Assembly (NCBI GenBank): GCA_050183815.1
Contig: JBFXAY010000015.1
Coordinates: 6,437 to 70,436 of the forward strand
DNA from: Gemmatimonadales bacterium
GTDB lineage: Bacteria > Gemmatimonadota > Gemmatimonadetes > Gemmatimonadales > GWC2-71-9
Direction of reading: 5' to 3'
Length of the DNA: 64,000 nt
Numbering within the stretch: position 1 is the stretch's first letter; each line of letters opens with the position of its first letter. The position numbers were made by a program, and so were the translations under genes. The notes beneath the pieces were generated by a model. It searched no databases. It was not told where the DNA came from and saw only the letters and a list, made by a program, of their open reading frames with translations. Below, piece after piece: positions 18,462-26,480 of the stretch.

Positions 18462-19439
18462 ATGACCCGCACCCTCCGATCGCTGACGCTCCTGCTGGTG
18501 GGCCTGGCCGCCTGCAATCCGCAACCGCCGGCCCCGCCGCCCGCGGATCTCGGCCGGGAAATCGCCGGCCTGCTCGACGGACTCTCGGCCCGCAGTTCGC
18601 TGTTTGCCCGGCACGGTCCCAGCGGCGATACCGTGGCGGTGCGGGCCGATCAGCCGATGAACACGCTGAGCGTCATCAAGATCCCCGTCATGATCCGGGT
18701 CGTCCGCGACGTCGAGGCCGGCCGCCTTCGGCTGGCGGATCGTCACAACCTCCGCCCGGAGGAGCTCAGGCGGGGAAGCGGGCTGCTCCAGACCTTCGAT
18801 CCGGGGCTGAGCGTCACGGTCCGGGATCTCGTCGTGCAGATGATCATCACGAGCGACAACACCGCCACCGATATCCTCATCGGGCTCGTCGGCCTCGACC
18901 GGGTCAACGCGATGCTCGACACCCTCGGGTTCAAGACGACCCGGCTCCGGATGACCACCGGGGCCCTTTTTCGCGAAGTCTGGATCCGCGCCGACCCGGC
19001 CAACCGGACGATGACGGACCGCGAGGTATTCGACCGCGGCTTCCCGGGTGACTCCGGCGCAGGTGCGCGGAGCTTTGCCCTCGAGGGTGACTCGACCAGT
19101 TGGCTCGGCGTGACCAGTGCCCGCGAGATGGTGACGATGCTCGAGGGCATTCTCGCCAACCGCTACGCCTCGGCCGATCACAGCCGGATGATGGTCGACA
19201 TTCTCTCCCGCCAGTTCTACGCCTCCCGGCTCCCGCAACGGGTGCAGTGGCAGGGCGTCGGCGTCGCCCACAAAACCGGCGACTGGCCGCCGCTGGCCGG
19301 CAACGACGTCGGGATCCTGTTCTATTCCGGCGGTCCCACGGTGGTCGCGGTCTTCACCGGACAGAACACCGGCGACTTCACCGAACTCGAGGCGACCGAG
19401 GGACGGATCGCCGAACGCCTTGTCAAGGAGTGGAAGTGA
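18462..19439 (+). CDS. Lipoprotein serine hydrolase, class A beta-lactamase/PBP-A fold
   Basis: Lipobox LAAC. SVIK, SDN and KTG motifs. Confidence 0.85.
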   Translation: MTRTLRSLTLLLVGLAACNPQPPAPPPADLGREIAGLLDGLSARSSLFARHGPSGDTVAVRADQPMNTLSVIKIPVMIRVVRDVEAGRLRLADRHNLRPEELRRGSGLLQTFDPGLSVTVRDLVVQMIITSDNTATDILIGLVGLDRVNAMLDTLGFKTTRLRMTTGALFREVWIRADPANRTMTDREVFDRGFPGDSGAGARSFALEGDSTSWLGVTSAREMVTMLEGILANRYASADHSRMMVDILSRQFYASRLPQRVQWQGVGVAHKTGDWPPLAGNDVGILFYSGGPTVVAVFTGQNTGDFTELEATEGRIAERLVKEWK

Positions 19440-22400
19440 TGCCGCGCCGAACCTGTTCGACGGTCGCAATCCTCGGGCTGCTCGCCGGCGCCGCGACGGC
19501 GCAGGAGCGCCCCGCCCAACCCGCCTGGGACGTGACCCAGCCCCGGGGGACCACCCGGCACATCACGTTCTCCACCACCGAGGGCACCTGGATGTCGTCC
19601 GACCAGAGCCCCGACGGCCAGTGGCTCGTCTTCGACCTCCTCGGCCACATCCATCGAGTGCCGGCCGCGGGTGGCCCGGCCCAGGTGCTGACCCAGGGGA
19701 GCGGCATCGCGATCAATACTCACCCGAGGATCTCGCCGGACGGGAAGACCATCGCCTTCGTGTCCGACCGGAAAGGTCAGAACAACCTCTGGCTGATGGA
19801 TGCCGACGGGTCGAACCCGCGGGCCGTCTTCACCGACAACAACGTCCGCGTCGCGATGCCGGCGTGGTCGCCGGACGGGCAGTACATCTACGTCACCCGG
19901 CAAAGCGTCGGGGGTGGACCGGGCGGGCAGAACGGGATCTGGATGTATCATCGCGACGGCGGCAGCGGCGTCGAAGTGATCTCGTCCCGCAACCAGTCCG
20001 GGGCGACCTGGCCGTCACCGTCGGCGGACGGACGCTATCTGTACTTCCAGGTGTCCGCCGGCTCCTGGCAGCCTGGCTACGGCGGTCGCCCGGATTTCCC
20101 GAGCGGTTCGGCCCAGGTCCGCCGCCTGGACCTTCAGTCCGGCGAAGTGACCGCGGTGTCGTTCGGCGAACAGTCGCAACAGGTCCAGACGTCGAGCGGC
20201 GGCATGGCGGCGCCGGAGGTATCGCCCGACGGCAAGTGGCTCGCGTTCGTTCGGCGGATTCCCGACGGCACCATCTCCTGGCGCGGCCACCGATTCGGCC
20301 CCCGCACCGCACTCTGGGTCCGGGAACTCGACACCGGCTCGGAACGGCTGGTGATGGATCCGGTCGAGCAGGACATGGTGGAAGGCGGCAAGGTCCTGCG
20401 CCCGTTCCCGGGGTACTCCTGGAGCCGTGACGGTCGCTCGCTGGTCGTCACCCAGGGCGGTCTGCTCCGCCGGGTGGATGCGGCGAGCGGGGCCGTCTCC
20501 ACCATCGCGTTCACCGCCACGGTGGACCGCACCATTTCGGAACTCGCCAATACCCAGAGCCGGATCGCCGACGCGCCGTTCACCTCCCACTTCACCCGCT
20601 GGCAAAGCGCCTCCCCCGACGGCCGGCGGCTCTTGTTCCAGGCCATCGGCCGGATCTGGATCATGGATTTGCCCGGCGGGACGCCGCGCCGGCTGACCGA
20701 CGCCGGCTTCGAGCCCTTCGAGTACGCCCCCGCCTGGAGCCCGGACGGTCAGTCGATCGCCTTCACCGGCTGGGTGGATTCGATCGGCGGGCACCTCTAC
20801 CGGGTGGCGGCCGGTGGCGGAACCCCTCGCCGGCTCACCACCGAGGCGGGCGAATTCACCAATCCGGTGTGGAAGCCCGACGGCTCGGAGATCGTCGTCT
20901 CCCGAGGGGCCGGCGAGAGCCGGCACGGCCGGGGAATCGTCTGGAACTCCTACTGGGACCTGGTGCGAGTGCCGGCGGCGGGCGGGCCGGCCACGTTCGT
21001 CGTCCGGGTCTCCGCCACGCCGGACGGGACCTCGGGGAGTGCCTTCAACAACGTCCGCAATCAGATCGTCCGGGCAAGTTGGGGTCCGGACGGGCGGATC
21101 TTCTATCCGCAGCTCAGCGTCGGACCGGGCGGACTCGAAGCCACCTTCTACTCGATCCGACCCGACGGCCTCGACCGGCGAGCGCACTTCACCTTCCCGT
21201 TCGCCGACGAGATCGTCACCTCGCCGGACGGGAAGTGGATCGCCTTCCAGGAATCGGACAACGTCTACGTCACACCGTTCCCGTATGCGGGCACCGGCGG
21301 GTCGGCCGTTCGGATCGAGCAAGCCCGGGCCCGCCTCCCCACGACGAAACTGAGCCGGGAGGGCGGCCTGTTCCCGCGCTGGCGCGACGACGCCACGATC
21401 GAGTTCGGGAGCGGCAACCGGTACTACCGATACTCGGTGGATACCAGGCGGGGCGACACCACCGACATTCGGCTCGAGGTGCCGCGGGACATCCCGAGCG
21501 GCACCGCGGCGTTCACCAACGCGCGGATCGTGACCCTCGCCGATCGCCGGGTGGTGAACGGTACGGTCGTGGTAACCGGCAGCCGGATCACCTGCGTGGG
21601 CCGCTGCTCGGTGCCGCGCGGCGCCCGCGTTTTCAACGCGTCCGGCAAGACCATCATTCCGGGCTTCATCGACGTCCACTCCCACAACTACCGGGAGCAT
21701 CGCGGCATCATCCCCCAGCGCAACACCGAGGGCGCGATCTTCCTGAGCTACGGGATCACCAGCACCATGGACCCCTCGATGTGGTCCCAGAATCTCTTCC
21801 CCACCGCGGAAATGGTGGATGCGGGCGTGCTGGTCGGGCCCCGGGTCTTCACCACCGGCGACCCGCTCTATTCCGGCGACGGCTCGCGCCAGGAGGTGTT
21901 CAACTCCTACGCGGACGCGGAGGCCGGAATCCGGAAACTGGCCAACTGGGGAGCGGTGTCGCTCAAGCAGTATCTCCAGCCCCGCCGCGACCAGCGCCAG
22001 TGGGTCACCGACGTGGCCCGGAAGGTCGGGCTCCAGGTCACCGCCGAGAACAACGATCTCGAATACACTCTTGGCATGATCATGGACGGGCACACCGGGT
22101 TCGAGCACCCGATGAGCTACACGCCCCTTTATGCCGACTTCACCACGTTCCTCGGCAAGGCCCAGGCCACCTATTCGCCAACGTTCATGGTCGGCGGCCC
22201 GGGGCCGTGGAACGAGGAGTACTGGTACCAGGAATCCGAAGTGTGGAAGGACACCAAGACTCGCCGGTTCATGCCCTGGCTCCAGTTCATTCCCCAGAGC
22301 CGGGAACGGATGCTCCGGCCGGTCACCGACTACAGCTACCCGTGGATCGCCCTCGGCCTGGGCGACATCATCGCCGCCGGCGGCTTCGGAGCGATCGGCG

Positions 22401-22753
22401 CCCACGGCCAGCACAACGGGCTCGGGTCTCACTGGGAGGTCTGGATGGCCGCGTCAGCGCTCGGACCGATGGGCGCCCTCGAGGTGGCCAGTCGCCACGG
22501 CGCCCGGTTCATCGGCCGGGAGCAGGATCTTGGCTCGATCGAGGTCGGCAAGCTGGCCGACTTCATGGTGCTCAACGCCAATCCGCTCGTGGACATCCGG
22601 AACACGGCCGATATCCAGTTCGTGGTCAAGGGTGGCGTGGTGTACGACGACGACACGCTCGACGAAGTCTGGCCGCGCCAGCGGAAGTACGGCACCGGTC
22701 ATTGGGTCATTCCCGACGCGCTCCGGTCCGATGACCGGCCGATCCGGCCATGA
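19439..22753 (+). CDS. Secreted PD40/TolB-repeat amidohydrolase
   Basis: Signal peptide, 'EGTWMS.D.SPDG...FDLLG', many SPDG repeats, 'PGFIDVHSH', 'GSIEVGKLAD'. Confidence 0.88.
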   Translation: MPRRTCSTVAILGLLAGAATAQERPAQPAWDVTQPRGTTRHITFSTTEGTWMSSDQSPDGQWLVFDLLGHIHRVPAAGGPAQVLTQGSGIAINTHPRISPDGKTIAFVSDRKGQNNLWLMDADGSNPRAVFTDNNVRVAMPAWSPDGQYIYVTRQSVGGGPGGQNGIWMYHRDGGSGVEVISSRNQSGATWPSPSADGRYLYFQVSAGSWQPGYGGRPDFPSGSAQVRRLDLQSGEVTAVSFGEQSQQVQTSSGGMAAPEVSPDGKWLAFVRRIPDGTISWRGHRFGPRTALWVRELDTGSERLVMDPVEQDMVEGGKVLRPFPGYSWSRDGRSLVVTQGGLLRRVDAASGAVSTIAFTATVDRTISELANTQSRIADAPFTSHFTRWQSASPDGRRLLFQAIGRIWIMDLPGGTPRRLTDAGFEPFEYAPAWSPDGQSIAFTGWVDSIGGHLYRVAAGGGTPRRLTTEAGEFTNPVWKPDGSEIVVSRGAGESRHGRGIVWNSYWDLVRVPAAGGPATFVVRVSATPDGTSGSAFNNVRNQIVRASWGPDGRIFYPQLSVGPGGLEATFYSIRPDGLDRRAHFTFPFADEIVTSPDGKWIAFQESDNVYVTPFPYAGTGGSAVRIEQARARLPTTKLSREGGLFPRWRDDATIEFGSGNRYYRYSVDTRRGDTTDIRLEVPRDIPSGTAAFTNARIVTLADRRVVNGTVVVTGSRITCVGRCSVPRGARVFNASGKTIIPGFIDVHSHNYREHRGIIPQRNTEGAIFLSYGITSTMDPSMWSQNLFPTAEMVDAGVLVGPRVFTTGDPLYSGDGSRQEVFNSYADAEAGIRKLANWGAVSLKQYLQPRRDQRQWVTDVARKVGLQVTAENNDLEYTLGMIMDGHTGFEHPMSYTPLYADFTTFLGKAQATYSPTFMVGGPGPWNEEYWYQESEVWKDTKTRRFMPWLQFIPQSRERMLRPVTDYSYPWIALGLGDIIAAGGFGAIGAHGQHNGLGSHWEVWMAASALGPMGALEVASRHGARFIGREQDLGSIEVGKLADFMVLNANPLVDIRNTADIQFVVKGGVVYDDDTLDEVWPRQRKYGTGHWVIPDALRSDDRPIRP

Positions 22754-24855
22754 AGCGGACGGCGACGCGGATCGCGGCGCTGGCGGCGACGGCCGCGGGC
22801 CTCGCCACCGCGACCGCGGTCGCCCAGCCGGAGATCATCCGGACCGAGCACGGCGTGCCGCACGTCTACGCCGCGAATTTCCGGGAGGCGGGCTACGGCC
22901 TGGCCTGGGTCCAGATGGAAGACTACGGCCCCCGGGTGGCGGACGGACTCGTCGTGGGCCGCGGCGGCCTGGGCCGCCTGTACGGGCGCGACAGCATGGA
23001 GACGGACTTTACCCGCCGGGCGGTGCACGGGTTCGCTGCCGAGCGGTGGTTGACCCTCAAGGTTCGGACCCGGGAGGTGTATCAGGGATTCGCCGAGGGT
23101 GTGAACGAATACGTCCGGCGCCATCCCGATCGGTTCCCGGTTGGCACGCCGACCGATTTCACGGGCTGGGACGTCCTGGCCCGCGAGATCGGTACCCCGG
23201 CCATCGGCGCGGCGCGGTGGCTTGTTGCCCGGGAGACCGGCCAGCGGGCGCCGACGCCGCGAAACGACGTCGACGTCGACGGACCGGACGACGGGTCCAA
23301 CGCCTGGGCCCTCGCACCCAGCCGAACCCGATCGCGCCACGCGATCCTGCTCCGCAATCCGCATCTCGACTGGGGCGCCGGCTATTACGAAGCGCACGTC
23401 GTCGTACCCGGCCAGCTCGACTTCTACGGGGACTACCGAATCGGCGGGCCGTTCGGCGTCATCGGCGGCTTCAACCGCGATCTCGGCTGGGCCACGACCA
23501 ACAACAGCGTCGACAACGATGAGGTCTACCGCGTCCGGGTCGCACCGGGAACGGTGGACGCGATTCTCCTCGACGGCCGGCCGGTTCCGCTCACCCGGCG
23601 GGCCATCACCGTCGACTATCGGGCCGGTGACGGCTGGAGTACCGAGACCCGAGAGGTCTGGGACTCACCCATCGGCCCGGTCGTCGAGCGAACCGACAGC
23701 GTGGTCTACATCCTCCGGGATGCGGCGGCCGGCGAACCGCGTGGCGGCGAGCAGTTCCTGGCCATGATGATGGCCGGCTCGTACGACGAGTGGCGCGCCG
23801 CGCTCGCGATGCAGGCCCGCTCGAGCTCCAACCTGACCTACGCCGACCGGGCCGGGAACGTCTTCTACATCTGGAACGGCACGCTGCCCTCCCTGCCCCA
23901 TCCGCCCACCGGCGACACCGCCTCCACGCCGGTGGCGCGAACGGACGAGGTCTGGTCCCAGCTGGTGCCCCTCGACTCGATGCCGCAGGTGCGCAACCCG
24001 CCGGGCGGCTATGTCCAGAACGAGAACTCGTCGCCGCATTTCACCAATCTCAACGCGGTCCTCGATCCGGCCTCGCTGCCCCCGAACGCCGAAGCACCGA
24101 GTCTGAGCCTCCGGAGCCAGCTTTCGCTCGAGTTGATCGGGAAGCCGGGACCGCGGCTGTCGCTGGAGGACGTGATCCGGCTCAAACACAGCTACCGGAT
24201 GCTGCTGGCGGACCGCGTCAAGGCCGATCTCCTCGCGGCGGCGGCGGCCACCCCGTCGGGATCGTCGGCCGAGGGCGCCGAGATCCTGCGTGCCTGGGAT
24301 AACACGGCGGCGCCGGAGGCTCGCGGCGCGGTGCTGTTCGAGATGTGGTGGCGGCTCTATGCGGCGCGGCTGGCGGAACCGTTCGCGGTGCCGTGGTCCT
24401 TTGCCGAGCCGACGACGACCCCGCGCGGACTGGCGGACCCAGCCCGCGCGGCAGCCGCCCTCGCCCAGGCGGTGGATTCGGTCCGGCGGCGATTCGGTGC
24501 GGCCGACGTGCCCTGGGGCGAGGTGCATCGGGTCCGGTTCGGATCGGTGGACGCTCCGGTCGGCGGCTGCCACGGCAATCTCGGCTGCTTCCGGGTGCTC
24601 TGGTTCCGGGACGAGCCGGACGGCAAATGGGCCGTACAGGGCGGCGACGGTTGGATCCTGGCGGTCGAGTTCGGCCCGGTTCCGCGCGCCTACTCGGTGC
24701 TCGCCTACGGCGAGAGCAACGACCCTGCGGCCCGCTGGCACGACGACCAAGCGGCGATGTTCGCCCGCGGGGAGCTCAAGCCGGTGGCCTACACGCGGGC
24801 GGACGTCGAGCGGGTCGCGATCGCGCGGTACCGGGCGGGCAGCGGCGCGCCCTGA
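22750..24855 (+). CDS. Penicillin acylase family Ntn-hydrolase
   Basis: 'HGVPHVYA', 'GSNAWA' (Ser nucleophile), 'NPHL.W', 'QNENSSP', 'WGEVHR'. Confidence 0.9.
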   Translation: MKRTATRIAALAATAAGLATATAVAQPEIIRTEHGVPHVYAANFREAGYGLAWVQMEDYGPRVADGLVVGRGGLGRLYGRDSMETDFTRRAVHGFAAERWLTLKVRTREVYQGFAEGVNEYVRRHPDRFPVGTPTDFTGWDVLAREIGTPAIGAARWLVARETGQRAPTPRNDVDVDGPDDGSNAWALAPSRTRSRHAILLRNPHLDWGAGYYEAHVVVPGQLDFYGDYRIGGPFGVIGGFNRDLGWATTNNSVDNDEVYRVRVAPGTVDAILLDGRPVPLTRRAITVDYRAGDGWSTETREVWDSPIGPVVERTDSVVYILRDAAAGEPRGGEQFLAMMMAGSYDEWRAALAMQARSSSNLTYADRAGNVFYIWNGTLPSLPHPPTGDTASTPVARTDEVWSQLVPLDSMPQVRNPPGGYVQNENSSPHFTNLNAVLDPASLPPNAEAPSLSLRSQLSLELIGKPGPRLSLEDVIRLKHSYRMLLADRVKADLLAAAAATPSGSSAEGAEILRAWDNTAAPEARGAVLFEMWWRLYAARLAEPFAVPWSFAEPTTTPRGLADPARAAAALAQAVDSVRRRFGAADVPWGEVHRVRFGSVDAPVGGCHGNLGCFRVLWFRDEPDGKWAVQGGDGWILAVEFGPVPRAYSVLAYGESNDPAARWHDDQAAMFARGELKPVAYTRADVERVAIARYRAGSGAP

Positions 24856-26106
24856 TCAGCGGGGGCGGTCGACGACGATCTGACCCGCCTTCATCACCCA
24901 CCGCACCCCGCGCACGACGGCCCCGATATCGGTCAGCGGATCCCCGCTGACCGCGGCAATATCCGCCAGATAACCGGGCGCGAGGCGCCCCAACTCCCGT
25001 CCCCGCCCCAGCAATTCGGCTGGAATCGTCGTGGCAGTGGCCAAGGCCTCCGCCGGCGTCATGCCCGCCCGGACGAACCACTCGAGTTCTCTGGTGTTTT
25101 CCCCGAAGCCCGTAAATACGGCGTCGGACCCCATCCCGATGCGCACGCCTGCGGCGTGCGCCCGCCGCGCCGTTTCCAGATTCCGCGCCACGAACTCCCG
25201 GAGCGCTCGGTCGTTCTCCTCGGTATAGCCGAATTCTTCGCGGTGGTCCGCATAGTAGCGGTTGTGGTCGATGGTGGAGACGTACACGGTGCCGCGCCGG
25301 GCCATCTCCGCGAGCGTTGCGTCGTCGAGGTCCACGGGGTGTTCCACCGACTCCGCCCCCGCCAGTACCGCGTCCCGCGCGGCGATCGGGCCGTAGGAGT
25401 GCACCGTCACCGGCTTGCCCCGGGCATGGGCCGCGTCGATGGCCCAGCGAAGTTCGGCGGCCGAGAACGTTGGGCTGCCGGAGAGGTCGTCCGCGCTGCC
25501 GGTCGAGGCGAAAATCTTGATCAGGTCCGCGCCACCGTCGAGCTGGTCGTTCACCGCCTTCACGATCGACGCCGAGTCGTGTCCCACCGAGCCGCACGAT
25601 GTCCGGCCGGGCCGCATGCCGAGTCCGCAGCCGGCGGCCACGATCCGGGGGCCGGTTACGTACCCCGAGTCGATCAGGTCGCGGAGCAGGACCGCCATCC
25701 GGTCGCGGGAGTGGAGATCCCGCATCGTCGTGACCCCGGACTCCAGCGCTCGCCGGAGGTTCTCCTGGGCCAGAACCAGGAGGGTCGGCGCCGGGCGCTG
25801 GCCGAGTTGCTGCCAAGGCCTGGTTCCGGGTTTTTCGTCCCAGAAGTACGTAGCGTGCACGTGGAGGTCGATCAGACCCGGAATGGCGGTGAGCCCGCGG
25901 AGATCGGTGGTCGGCACGCCGGCTTTCGGGGTGCCGCTTTCGATCCGGACGATCCGGTTGCCGTCGACGTAAACCACGGCGCGGTCCACGATCCCGCTCT
26001 CCGTCAGGGCCGCCTTGAACCAGAGGGCCCGCCCCTGCCCGGCAACCGGCCCGGGAGCAGCCGCCATCACGCCGAGCAGGGCGGCCAGCCGCGCGAGGGT
26101 TGTCAT
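24856..26106 (-). CDS. Metal-dependent amidohydrolase (Xaa-Pro dipeptidase-like)
   Basis: 'PGLIDLHVH', 'GVTT.RD', 'GADLIK', 'VHSYG', 'SVEH', 'GSDA'. Confidence 0.88.
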   Translation of the reverse strand: MTTLARLAALLGVMAAAPGPVAGQGRALWFKAALTESGIVDRAVVYVDGNRIVRIESGTPKAGVPTTDLRGLTAIPGLIDLHVHATYFWDEKPGTRPWQQLGQRPAPTLLVLAQENLRRALESGVTTMRDLHSRDRMAVLLRDLIDSGYVTGPRIVAAGCGLGMRPGRTSCGSVGHDSASIVKAVNDQLDGGADLIKIFASTGSADDLSGSPTFSAAELRWAIDAAHARGKPVTVHSYGPIAARDAVLAGAESVEHPVDLDDATLAEMARRGTVYVSTIDHNRYYADHREEFGYTEENDRALREFVARNLETARRAHAAGVRIGMGSDAVFTGFGENTRELEWFVRAGMTPAEALATATTIPAELLGRGRELGRLAPGYLADIAAVSGDPLTDIGAVVRGVRWVMKAGQIVVDRPR

Positions 26107-26183
26107 GGGTTCCGCTTTGAAGAGGTTCGGCGTAGCCTACCGGGAGAGGGGTTCCACCGCCAGACGTCAGCCGGAGGACATCG

Positions 26184-26464
26184 ATGTCGCGGGCCTTTGT
26201 GAAGGAAGACAGCGACGGGGCCGCGCCTCGGTACCCCCTGCCGCCGCGGGACGACCCGGGGTTCCCCCTCGCCGCCGCGCAGGCGCTGCTGACCGGTGCG
26301 AACAACGGCGACACCGCGAGCGCCGAGGACGCCACGGGCCACCCGTGGGGCGGCTGGCGGCCGAGGTCAGACAATTGCATGCCGAGGCAGTCGACCGCGG
26401 GGACGACCGCGCCGAAGTGCTGGCCGCCCGATTCCTGCGAGCCGCCGGCGAAGCAGTCGACTGA
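26184..26464 (+). pseudogene. Small MSRAFVKED protein interrupted by a frameshift near 26347-26350 (pseudogene or assembly error)
   Basis: ATG follows GGAGGA. Frame 0 gives MSRAFVKED...GHPWG, and the -1 frame continues with plausible RLAAEVRQLHAEAVDRGDDRAEVLAARFLRAAGEAVD*. Confidence 0.6.
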
Positions 26465-26480
26465 CCATCGCGCTTCGGCA

